Of a stretch of 64,000 bases of DNA, positions 26,001 through 38,700 are shown in pieces. A program made the position numbers and the translations under genes. The notes under the pieces are model-generated. The model did not search any database. It was not told the DNA's origin and was given only the letters and a program-made list of their open reading frames with translations. The first letter of the stretch is position 1. The number at the start of each line of letters is the position of its first letter. Origin of the DNA: Lingula anatina (Eukaryota > Animalia > Brachiopoda); NCBI GenBank assembly GCA_051362555.1, contig CM120642.1:7998001-8062000 (forward strand), in the 5' to 3' direction.

Positions 26001-27632
26001 TCCATCAGCATCTCCAGTCTCTCAATTTCCTTGTCTTTCTCATGAAGTCTGCTCTCCATCTCGATCTGTTTCTTGTTGGCCTCGTCCTCTCTCTGCCACA
26101 GTTTCTTCATCTGCTCTCGGTCTGTGTCCAGTTCATCTGATAACTTCTCCACCTGGAGCTGGAGGCAAATGCAGTTTGATAAAGTTATGACAAGCTTCAA
26201 GACACTTTGATCTATAGTATCTAATCTCTTGATGATGAGTCTCCAATTAAAAAAATATATTGGACTGAAGGATAAATCCTCCAGTGCAATGGACATGCCA
26301 CATATGTTTACAGTCATACCATTTCTTAAAGCATACTTTCAATATAGTGTAGTCAAATGTAATCCAAGCAGTTAAGGGTCCTGTAAGTCCCACCTTCAAC
26401 TTTATATCAAGTATGTGCACTCTTTTCTGTGTCACCAACAAAACCAACTTAATATTTTCATTGAGTATATTCACCAATGTCACCATCAAATCTCATCATT
26501 TTAAATGTTGCATTAAGTGCACCCTGAATCAAAAACCAATTTACACCTTTCATCATTACATTAGTGCACCTCCCCATCCACACACACACACAAACACACT
26601 GTCACTATCACACCTCCCCCACTACTCAGAGTAAACCACTGTGTAAACATGCCTGGTAGTCCTCAATCCTTGTCTCCATGGCAGCAGCAGTCTGGACAGC
26701 CTCCTGTTTCTCACTCCTCATCACATTCAGTTCCTTCTGTACCTGGTCCACAGCCAGCTCCAGGGCCTCTCTCTGTAGAATATGATACAGAAAACATCTT
26801 ACTCAGAGAAGTACCACATATGTTAACCCAGTCTGCAACATCAACATTGGTCCTATGCCAAATACATGGTTGAGAAAGCCATATAGTGAAGAAGTCTGAA
26901 AATATGGGGCAGGGTCCACGGGGCACCTGCATTAATCACAAAAATGAATTATTGGCTCCCAAATAGTCGGAAATCCACAGGTGGTGGGAAAAAACTTGTA
27001 AGTGCAAATGCCAGTAAAATACCAGTAAAGGGTGGTTCAGGTCAGCAGAATTTTTTTGTAAAATTTTCTAAATATAGAAATATTTTTGATGCTAACACAG
27101 ACAATTTGCCAGCGCAGAATGGTTATTTTTCACCTTTTCTGTCCATCCTTTCTTTGCCACATCCTGGTCTTCTTTTAGACTGGTGATCTTATTTTCCAGC
27201 TCTCTGATGTGGTCATCCTTCATCTGAGCTTGTTTGTCCAGCTGCTCTCTGGAATATGGGAACAATTTGCTTGCAGTCACAATAATTTTGTACAATTACT
27301 TTACTAATAAAATGTTTAAATGCTTTTCAATGAAAAATTAACATTGGAAACAAAACATCAAAATCAGATAGAAGTGCAATTAAATATTTCTGAAACTTAA
27401 TCTTTTTATGTAAATGATTTATAGATTTTTATGTAAATTATTTATGCTAAATAAAATGAAAACCAAAAAGTATTTTTACAGTCTAAATAAAACTGTGCCA
27501 AAAAAAAGCCATGATACTGTCATCTATACGTGTCAATCCCAACTTTTAAAAGCTGCAAATTTACATTGACTGTATATAACAAGGCTTAACAACCTGTTCA
27601 GATATAAGTGTCCATGTTTAACCTTTGAACAC

Positions 27633-27668
<36 letters not shown>

Positions 27669-30600
27669 ATGTGTACTCATTGCATCAAAGTAATCTGTGA
27701 CTGAAGATTGGCTGCCTGCTCTCTAGCATTGGCTGCCCTGTCTGCAGCAGCTTGCAACTGCCGTTCATGTTCTTCTGTCAGCTGACTTAACCTGAATAAT
27801 AATAAATATTGTGGTCAAACCAAGAACTGCCCTTTTCTCCTGAGCTCATTCCTAAAAAGATTTCTACATAATTAAATCAAAACAAATTTCAATCCTCTTA
27901 TCAGACTGACATGTTGTCTGTTTGCCATTTTGAATATTTGATAATCATCTCATTTACAAAAATCTGAATGAGGCATATTTAAAACAGCCTGAATTTAAGA
28001 GCAATGCACATAAGTTTTTTTTTTCCAAATTTCCATTCATTACGACTGCTAGTCTGAGTTCGATAAGTACACAATTACAGAAAACGAAGAAGCTAAATAT
28101 AACTTAGAGAACAGTCATATAATTTTCTCTAACCTTTGCTGGTGCTCTACAATCAATTTATCTTGTGTTCTTCTGGAAGATTTTTGTAACTCTTCTAGGT
28201 CATTTTCAAGCTGAAACAAAAATTAAAAAACATTTTTAAAAAGCTGAAATATTTTCATATTGTGCGTAGGCCTTCGATCTATCCAACTTTGCAAGGACTT
28301 TCACTGAATGCAATAATACTGAATGAACAGATTAACACGCTGTTTATACTGGTTTAAATACAAATCAACACACCTGTTTCATTTTCCCAGCCTTGGTCTC
28401 CAGGTCACTCTCCATCTCCTGCACACACCGCTCCAGTGTGTGTACCACCATTGTGCTGCTCTGCTTGTCGATGGGCTCAGAATCGTAAAAAGACTTGCCA
28501 CGCTTCTTCTCCACCGATGCTATCACCGCCCTGATCTGGTTCAGGGAGGTGTCAGCCACATAAAGATTCTGGCTGAGTTTGTCTGTCTTGGAGCCTGTTT
28601 CCTGAAGAGTCTAGAAGAAAAGAACCACAGTTTGAATTATGATGAAACATGTACTTTTTCAGCAATAAAATAAATGTGCATTGCACTGGATTTTGCATTT
28701 TTTCAAATTAAGTCCCCTGGATAAGGGTTACATTTTGCAGCCAAATAATCTGACTTAACAGAAAGACACTGCCTTAATTTATCCCATTTGGAAAAACACA
28801 CAGTCTTGGAAGCCCATGACATCTTTCCAAGACTTGTACCTTGCTTAACTTCTTAATTCAGCATAAATGTACATTCTGACCTTTTCTTGCACACTGTAAG
28901 CTTCCTGCAACTGACGTAATGTTGCCTGAAGTTTTCTGATCAGATTCTCTTGACTTTCAGCTTCCCTTTGTCTTAAAAGAAAGGAAAAAGAAAAACATCA
29001 CAATATTAGTTAGAAAGTGGATAAGGTCAATTTTACATTTATATTTCTATTTGTTGGCACTAACTTTTCAAACATCCATTTAAACAAATGTGAAAACAGC
29101 ATATTAATTCTGGGCTAACAGTTGTATTTTTGCATATCTACATGGTAATCTATGGTAAAAGAAAGTTATAACTCAAACCACAGCACACAGCTTATAAACT
29201 AGGTTGTGGATCATGAATCTTACCTTAGGTCCATTATAGAGTCTCTGTTCACCACTGTCTCTTGTAGTTTTGACTTAAGTTCTTCTATATGTGCTCGGAA
29301 CTGTTTTCGCTGCTCCTCGCTCACTTCTTTGGCCTGAATTAAAATACAACTTACAAGTCATTGCTGACTACAAAAAAATTACCTTGAAAGTTGCACAGTT
29401 GTTGATAAATGTTTTCAGCACTCAAAAATAACACATAATAATGTAAGTGAGGCAAGCTCATTTTGCCAACACTATTGCCTACAAAATTTGTAAATTATAT
29501 TCAAAAAGGTTTTTTTTTGTTATAAGATCTGAAAATTGATACTCATGTTCAAAAAGACAGCTTGGTGTCATTTTGTGATGAGTAAAAGTCACAGTGATTT
29601 CAAGACAATTAAACATGTTTATATCAGTTACCTCTTCCAATCTTTTTCTGAGACTAGCAACATGTTCCTGGGATTCTTTTAATGCTTTTTCCATGTGAGG
29701 CCTGCAATCAGAAAAGAGACCAACACATAACAGAAGGATAATGATTACTTTTTTTGCCAAAAAGATAGACTATATATTATTAGTTACTCATGCCTTCTAA
29801 CAGTCAGTTCTCTCTCTCTCTCTCTCTTTTCTCTCTCTCTCTCTCTAACATCTTTCAACTTAGATACATTTTAAATAATCCTCAGTTACGGTAATTCTCC
29901 AATCTATACGAACGCCGCAATAATTACGAACGAAACATTTTTTCTCTGAATCTGAATTTTTTGTCTCCGTTCTGTACGAACGATCGCTAAACTCACCTTG
30001 GGCACAATTTAAATTTTCCGAACGCAAGAAAGTGTGCCCAATTGAAACTCGCCCCATGATTCGTCAAAGCGAGTTTTCAGACCACCGTTCCAAACAAAGG
30101 AACTGCCACTTGACAGGAGAGATTGTTATCATGTATTTGTGCTGTTTTTGAATGAGACGATAGAAGGACTTAACCTGCCCGCCGGCAGCTGCAGGCCAGT
30201 TTTAAAACCCTATTGTTATTTAGAAATTATTGAAAGCATCAGTACACATAAATTACTTACTGTTTATTATCATTTCTTAACTTCTGCCGGCCGACTGGAT
30301 CATCAACATCCACCATCGGTGTTTCACCGATAACTGGTTTCCAGTAAAATCTACGCACAACAGAAGAGTATGAGAAATCCATAGTCAATGATCGAGTTTT
30401 TCTTTGTTTTTGGTAGTCATTAGGAAATTCAAATTTTTAAGAGGAGTTCTGTCTTGTATTGTATTTATTTTTCTAATTTGAGTTGTGATAAAGTTCATGC
30501 TTTTTTTTTTGTTTGTTTGTTTGTTTGTTTTTCCTTGTTAAAGACCTTGTATCATGAACAACTATTAGGTAAACCTTACTGATATTGGTGATTGTGAAAA

Positions 30601-33502
30601 ATAAAGGTGCCGTATGACTTTATACAAATTTGCCTGCAGTTTTCTGTATTTTTTCTAATTAAGTTTACATTAATTGCGTGCAAATTAATATGCTGTAAAA
30701 GACTTTCATAAATAGACGTGAATTGAGCTGATGTTATTTTTTATATCAAGTATAATCTCTATTAACGTCAGTGATATCTACTGTGAGGAGTTTCAAGTAT
30801 TTTGTTTTGGCGGAAGAAATTTATGTAGGCCGGGGGGGGGGGGGGGGTGACATTATTAATATTGCAAATTTTCTATATGTGAAATCATATTAAAAGTAAA
30901 CACGCATTAAATAAAATATGCAACTGGATACGCAAATATTCTTGTCTGTTTTTGACAGAAGTTGGGAAAAACGATGTTGTCCTGTCTTGGTAAAACATAA
31001 CAGGGAAAAACGATGTTGTCTTGTCTTGAAATGTACCTCTTTAGTATGAAGAAATTGTTTCTTAACTTGAATTCCCGACTTTTGTTTAGTTTGTTTTAAT
31101 TCATTGCAATATAGCAAGAATAATTTGTTTGTGCTAAAAGCTGATCACAGTGATTTAATCTGAAAGTAATGCTTACACTTAGCAATGTAGGTAAGTGGAG
31201 ATAACTTCCGGTACAGACGTATTCCATTCGTTTTTCAATGGATACGAACGCGTGGCAATTTTTAGCAGACTGAATTTCAAGTCTTACGAACAAAATGATT
31301 ATCTTCCAAAAATAATTAATTTAAATCGTTCGTATAGATTGGAGAATTACCGTAGTAACAGTGGCTGAAAACGACAACTCACTGTGGCAATGTGTCCAAG
31401 GACTTCCTGGTGGTACTAGGGCCAGCAGATGAAGACCTGAGTGGAGAGGTAAGTATACTTGGACTCAGAGGTAAGGAGGAGGGGAGGGGCACACCTGTAT
31501 CTTGGAACAACTTTTTCTGGATCTGGTCCATCTCTTTCTTTTGACTTTCAAGCTGCATCCTAAGATGCAATGTTTTTAATAATTATGATTTGTAATTTGC
31601 CACCCAACTGACATTCGAACAGAGAAAAATTATAATAATGATGATAAAAGTAATAAGACCACCTATAAAAATAAAGATATCTGCAAGTTTTTTTATTCCA
31701 TTTTTAATTCACTATTATTATTTTCTAGTTTATTATTTTATTTTGTTTGTTTGTTATGCAAGTAAATCATATATATTAATACATCTTTTTGAGCAAGAAA
31801 AGTAGCTGTTTCTAGGCAAGTGAGTTAAGAAAGACCTTACTGTTAACCCATGCTTAAGCATTCTAGATAGAGAAATATTGGTCTCACCTGAGATCTGTTA
31901 TACTTCTCTGGTCTGTGGTAATATCTGTTACAGTAGCTAGTGAAGGAGGCTGGTAACTACTGCTGGGTTCATAGTAATGTGTCACAGAGGGGGCAGCACC
32001 TGTCGACAGCTGTAAAACACACAGTGGATGAGCTCATATCTCCCTAATATCAATTTGACTGAGACTTGTGCCCCAACCCCCCCAAGACAAAGATTTTGTT
32101 GTTGATTTTTAAAGCTGAAAAACTTTATACAAAGTGGCCTTGGATTTCAAGTGTTTCCTGGACAACTTTTTTTTTGTCAAAACTTGTGGCCCATTCCCAG
32201 TTCTTCTAGTTACTTCATAAGGTTATTTATGGAATGAAAGATTGAAATGAGTAAACACTTACCTGACTTATTCCTCCATTCATTGTGTATTTAGATGGAG
32301 ATCCTAAAGATAATGCAAAATTTTAATTGTATAATTATTGTAACCTTTTGTAGAAGCACATGGAATATGCATGACAATTTTGGACTTTCTATATAAAGGT
32401 AAAAAATGAAAGATAATACTATTAAAAACAAGATTTAATTCAAAATGATATTTTAAGCAATTTTAGAATAACTTCTAATAATAAATGCAAAATTTGAAAA
32501 AAATTACTGATCACTTTTTCCATGCTGTGCCCGAAGGCTTTACCAGTAAGCTACTGGAAATGTATACAATGTCATGTGAGATATCAAGTCATAAAAAAAG
32601 GCTATACGGCAGTTGCTTTTAAACTGCACAATTTAGGAGGCATGCCTCATTCTCAAGTTAATTCAATTATTTGCTTTAACCCCAAGTATATGACAAACAA
32701 AGCCTTGAGTCAACAAGGCCAGGAATGAATGTTTATACAATGGCCTGCGATTCAAATACAGTAGCAGAGAAAATTATCTGGGTGACTGGCAATGGTTGAG
32801 CAGAAAAGTTGAGCAGAAAAGAATGTATTCAGGAATGGATCATTAATTTTTATGAAACAAACTAATTTATGGCAGTCATCAGTAGGTCACAAGGTAAAAT
32901 ATACTTTAGGTATAGAATTCTAGTACATAATATAAAATTACAGTTGTTAGCTTTTATTTTATCTAATTAATTTATTATTTTTTTTATTATTATCATTTTT
33001 TTTTTTTTTTGAAAATTCAATTAAAAACCAGATCATACCAAATTGTTCAGTGAATTACTGTTGAAATATGATCACTGCAATTGACATTTGGGGTATCTGG
33101 GCCATTTCTTTGATATGGTATCCATCAAATATTATAATGGGGAGGGGCCAAATGAGTGAGCAGTTAAAATGAACAGAAATTGCTTTTGATATTGCTCGAA
33201 AATACTTTAGAAGCCCATGCTTGGTGTCAGCATAATATCTCAAGCCAAAAATGGAAACATGAATCAACAAATTCTTATAGCAGACAAATGGCAAAATTAG
33301 TTACTATTTAATCATAACGTCATGACAGTCTAATATAGCGTGCTAAAGTGTTACCTGGATCACTTCCACGGCGTAATCTTTCACCTTCCATCTCCAACTG
33401 CCGTATCTGATCAAGGAAATCTGCACTGCTTGGTCCTCGTGAGCGTGATAGTCGACTGCGCGAGGGACTAGTCACCAGCGACGTATTCAAACTTGACGCC
33501 AT
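20248..33502 (-). CDS. CCDC158: Coiled-coil domain-containing protein 158-like, about 23 coding exons
   Basis: Starts MASSLNTSL at 33502 (donor at 33354), followed by a chain of heptad-rich exons (e.g. 28374-28609, 26653-26772, 25961-26158, ~24796-25594, ~23849-23961, 20650-20757). The last exon 20248-20351 ends KMMKRSSQT*. Recognised segments: AVKYADKMQKEVTAKRGEIDSLRSKVHWLEECL (recalled vertebrate MQKQITAKRGQIDALQSKIQFLEE) and ELCKRLEDKIERLTQMGGHLQQENKEMAELIKDQGTRLKRVK. Some internal boundaries are approximate. Confidence 0.85.
21305..21527. mobile_element. 223-bp Tourist/Harbinger-like MITE
   Basis: ~33-bp TIRs CCCCTTTACACTGGA(C/T)GGCGTCCTTTCTGCGTC; TTA on both flanks. Confidence 0.85.
21621..21652. 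repeat. (ATCT)n microsatellite
   Basis: About 7 units. Confidence 0.9.
23008..23043. repeat. (CA)n microsatellite
   Basis: Seen directly; preceded by a GC/GT alternating tract. Confidence 0.95.
27636..27665. repeat. (GT)n microsatellite next to a splice donor
   Basis: Seen directly. Confidence 0.95.
29809..29846. repeat. (CT)n microsatellite
   Basis: Seen directly. Confidence 0.9.
29889..31352. mobile_element. Non-autonomous Tc1/mariner-type DNA transposon in a CCDC158 intron
   Basis: Perfect 26-bp TIRs CGGTAATTCTCCAATCTATACGAACG; TA duplication at 29887-29888 and 31353-31354; no transposase ORF. Confidence 0.85.
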
Positions 33503-33689
33503 TTTTCAGTAGCTCGAATCAGTTCCCTGAAGTTGTAAAAAAAATAAACGTTTTCTCAGTTATGCATCTTCAGACTGGTCTAATTCTCACTGAACTGCAG
33601 CAATATTGCATTCTTGACTCTATCTTATCTTTGATTTAAGAATGTCAGTATGGTTCGTGCAAAGATCTCATTGTAAACAGTTTGTTTTT

Positions 33690-33770
33690 CTTCACAACGA
33701 ATACATGTGAAGCGGAAGTATTTTGCGGACATGCGCAAATTCAAACATACCGGAAGCCGCTTATATCTAC
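33690..33770 (-). promoter_or_regulatory. Proximal promoter of the CCDC158-like gene
   Basis: Two ETS-type sites (GCGGAAGT at ~33712, CCGGAAG at ~33750) and CATGCGCA (NRF1-like), about 200 bp upstream of the ATG. Confidence 0.4.
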
Positions 33771-35730
33771 ATAAAAAATGAGTGAGATAGCTGTGGCCTG
33801 TGGCAGGTTAGTTAGGTGTTACATGTTGTAGGCAATATGATCATGAGATGCTCATTTACAAATAACGCTATTTATGACTGGACCTTGGTGCTAATATGCA
33901 GTCATTCTGGGGTTTTGCTCACGAAATAAATAATCAAACTAAAATTCTAAAATTTGTTAATTTTATCATTTTATGCTCATTAAAATTTATGAAATAAAAA
34001 AATTGCATATGTTCGTTACATTTGTAACTGTTGTATGCGAAATGTTAAAAACAGCAATTTTGTTACCATAGTGTTTAGTTTCAGTCCATTATGGTGTATT
34101 TTATGAGCTAAATTTACGTAATTCACGGTGATTCGTTTTTATTTTTTTAATTTTTATTTATTTTTTTTTTTCAAATTAAGGATTGCCCTGCTGTCAAATG
34201 TTAAATTTCTTCTTCCACACACCACGCCAATATCCAATGCATTTTTCCACTGAAAGGAAAAATGAAATCCTCAAAATAAGGGTACGACGTGTACGTTGTT
34301 TAATTAGTCAACTTATCAAATTTATCTGTCAAAAGGTACGCCTAGGGTCTTGATCCTCTGTAGGCATCAAAGATTGATCCGTAAACCTAGCTGCGCCACA
34401 GGCGTGGACATGTTGATGACTGCATTACTTGGTGTATTTACCTTGAAACTTAAATATTTCAAACACGCGTAAATAAAAAAAGAACATTTACGTGTAATTC
34501 AGCAGCTCGAACCTGACTTAATTGACACATCAAACAATTAATGACTAACCATATTTTATATGAAAAATTTCTTTTATTGTTGAAAATTGATTTTCACTTT
34601 CTTTGTCCAGGTGGTGAACAAAAGCTAATGAAGTACAAAAATGAAATAACCCAGCAATTATCACAATTGCTCTAAAAAATGTACCACAAATAATGTACAA
34701 AACATTTAACATACATATATAATAATGGCCAATATTAGAAAAAAATTAGTAGTGGCATTAGTTTTTAAGAGGAATCTTTGGCTTAACAAAGAAATCTGGA
34801 CGGAACAGTTCTAATGTGTACATATATATGTGTGGGTGTATATCACAGAAAAAAATAATATATCACAAACATTTATACTTGAAGGACATGATTAATGTCA
34901 GCATAATAACATGATAAAATCTCAAATTTCATTTAATTTTCCCTTACTTTCATACCTAATTAAAATCTGTATATTATGCAGTGGCAGTGCATTAACAATA
35001 GCTATCAAGAACTGTTGCAAAACATCCTACACCAGGAACTTGTTTAGGGTAACATGAAACTGCAGTGCAATAAAGTTCTACTGATTTTTACTAGTAAATC
35101 CAAGTCTCCCATGAAGTGGTTTGATTTGTCAGTACAGGACTTTTTCCACATTGGTTAAGAACAGCATAAAGACAACCATTTTGTCGAATTATGTAACAAA
35201 TAGATTTGTATGTTTTCCTGTAAAATTTGATTGCTTCCCAAATCCAATTGTGAACTGGTGACATTTTTTTTAAATTCCAAACAATCGTGTGACAAAGCTT
35301 AGAAAAACAGTAATAATGTGGTCCAATTTCATGTAAAAATTATTTTCATATTTGTTACTTATGCAATATTAAGCTGTATCTTATGCCAATGTATTGTTGA
35401 AAACAATCCTCATGTACATATATGGTCCAAGCAAGGAGAGAAGCAATGGCAAGCATGCGATGACAAATAATCAAAAGAAAGGTGCTTAACATGAAGTTGA
35501 CTGGAGTTAACCTGTCCCTAAAACAGCTTGTTATTTTTTTTTTTTTTTTTTCAATTTAGTGACTCATCATGTTGGATTGAAAATATCCCTTGCAACTGGA
35601 ACTGCTATTGCCTGTGTAACTGCTGGTATATTCAGTGCTACCAAGGACAGCTCTGGAATCGCCTGTATTCCACCTTCTATTCACCATTATTTCAATTATC
35701 CTAACCCTGGTTGGCTGTCTCTAAACATGC

Positions 35731-38700
35731 TCAATCATCGTAAAAATTGAAAGGGTCGTCATTGTGTCCTGATATCTCAGGGGGTTTAATGTCTGGAGTT
35801 TCCACCAGGGGGAATGTCTGTAGAAGTCTGTATTCACTGGGACCATCACGATCAATCTTCATCTGGCGCGCTTTCATACGCTCATGCCTGACTCTGAAAA
35901 TATTGAATATTTAATTATGAAAAAAAAATACTAATAATAATAAATACAAATTCAATGCCGTTTTTTTTTTCAATAACCACACAGTGTTTATCATTTACAC
36001 AAGGTCATTGTAACTGATATTAAAGTGTACCATATTTGCTATTTGAATACTTACCTTTTCCCTGTCCCCTTATTGAAGGGTTTCTGCTTGATCTGTTCTG
36101 CTATAGTGGCATCATCCACAAAATAAGAAGTCTGTTCACCATATACAGGGGCTGGCGGGATCTTCTCTTCTACCTGGAAAGGTCACAAGGAAATTTTTTG
36201 ATTAACTGATTTTCAGATAAAACATGTAAAATAATAACCTACACTTATCAATAGTCTATTGTAAAGCCAAAACAATTATATTATCTATAAAAATTTCAAG
36301 AAACATGCTATTCAAGGAATTTGAACCATTTTCATTATTTCAATTCAATTCAAAAAAATGTTTTCGAAAAAAATGTCTTATATTGAAACATACCAAATTT
36401 AGAGTCTCAAACTTAAAGCCCCAGGCCCATAAATCTCTGTAGTCTATTACAATCAGAGACCCTCCTATGCCACCCATCCCTGAACTACTTGCCTTATCTT
36501 TTTTCTTATCACCATGTAGAACCTCCTCCAAGTTCAGTTTCCCTGCTATGACAGGGTGGGACGGCAAGCTCTTGGGGTCCACCAGGACATCATACGGCAC
36601 CATGGGGTGTTGGAAGGTATTGGGGTTGAACACATCCCAGGGGTCTGGCTGGCCTAATGTACCTGGTGTGGGATAGGAGGAAATGATCAGCTTGGTGAAC
36701 ATAGTGTTGTCCATTTCCAAACAATATATTACTAGTTTTTAATTATCCAAAGAAAATGTCGGTGGAAATAATACTCAATGTAAATTTATATACTGCCATA
36801 ATTGGATGATTTAAAGTTTTTGAATAGCTGGTCTTGTACACTATGGTGTGATTGTTTTCTTTATATTGGAGGGGGTAAATTTTTTATCCTTGTGAGAGAA
36901 GTTTTGAAATGAAACCCTCCCTTTAGCAAAAACCTGGAATTCACTAATCCTCCTATGTTAATATGCTGTTTCCTTACCAACGTAATGTCCCTCTATTGTC
37001 CAGAGTCTTACTGTACAGTCTAGAGAAGAGCTGATCATCATTTTGTGTTCTTCAATCACATCTATATTGGTTATACTCTCTACATGACCACGCCAGTAGG
37101 TTATCACTGGAAAAGAAAACAGTTAATCTTTTATACTTTGTTAAATGTCTATATTCTCCTTTTTAAAAATCTTGAAATAAAATATAACAAAACAAAACAA
37201 AATTAAATGAAACGAAATAAAATAAAAATGAAAATAAAATGAAATGGAGATAAAATGAAATGAAATGAAATAAAATAAATAATTATAAAATATTATAATG
37301 TTTTTCACAATTATAATGTTTTCCATATAATGGCCATACTTACACTCTGGTGAGTCAGTTGCCTTGCTCTTAGCACAGTAACCTTCTACATTCCAACAGT
37401 AGATAAACCCCACACTGTCAGCAGTGAACAGAATGGTGTCATTCTTGTACAACTCCATGGCTGTGACCATAGCACCTGTGTGTTTAGTCTAAATAACAGT
37501 ATTAAAAAATTGGATAAAAATTCAAGCTTTCAAATGTAAAGGCTTGTTATTCATTGCATAAAAAACTTTTTGATTTGTACTTTCATACACTGTAGAAGTT
37601 TTTAATCCAAAAGACTCATCCCAGATAACTTCTTGTAGACTAAACTTTCTTTAAATTTTTTGTGTGAGCAATTCACCTAATAAGTATAATCTATGAACTT
37701 CAGGTTTGTCAATCTTTTTTCTTTTTTTTTAAATATCCTTAAACCACTAGTGTTAAAAGATTGTAATACATACACATTTTTTCCAAGCCATTTTGCTCAA
37801 ATGTCAAGCTCATACTCCACCACAAATAATATCTTACCCCTGTAAACTGGGCATACAGAGAACCTCCGTGGAATACATTCCAGAAGTGGAGGTAACCCCT
37901 GGGTCCTCCTGCAATGAGAGATGCTGCATCCTTCTTGTATGCTCGGGATCTCAAAAACAACAGCTTGTTGATGCTTAAGTCGCCATCCACTGAAACATGG
38001 ACAGTTTTGTTAATATGCAAATATAATTTTTTTTGGATTTTTTATGAGAGTAAAAACTGTCTCCCATTCCTAGTGCTGGCAGGCCCCCTTGTTAAAAAAT
38101 TGATTATTGATTTATCATAACTGGAGTTCTTAAAATTATATTTCTACAAAATTTAAAACATCTTCTTCATAATGTACGTCTTCAGTTAAGTGGCATTTCA
38201 CAGAGATAAACAGCAACTTATTGTTAAAAGTCGCATTTTCTGACAAGTCAGAATGAGCTACATGTAAGCAAAAAAACTGTAATCTTTGCTTTAATTCTGA
38301 ACTTCTTTCATTCAAAATTAATCTGTGATAGTCTACTAAATAAACAACTGTTCTAAAACATTAGCCATTTCTTTCTCTTTACAAGACAATCATTTACTTA
38401 GACTACTGCTGACTTATCTTGAGTGGAAGTTGACTGATATTATCTGGTCTACAAACACAACACCTACATGACTGGTCCTTGTATCCCTTAGGTACTGGAG
38501 CAAACAGGTGGCAGAAGATGTGTCCAGACACCATGTTCCATACAATGACCTCTCCATCATAACTGGACGTGGCCAGAAGATTGGGTGGACAGAAAGCCAC
38601 AGAAAGAATGTCCTCCTTGTGACCATTTTCCTGAAATCATTATTATATTTCAGTATATGTATGAGTATATGCTGAAAAAATGAATAGAAAAAATTGTATC

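Noticed and set aside
26880-27090. GC-richer intronic block resembling a transposon fragment (likewise 34330-34410 and 17790-18190)
   Set aside because: No TIR pair or TSD could be identified within the window.
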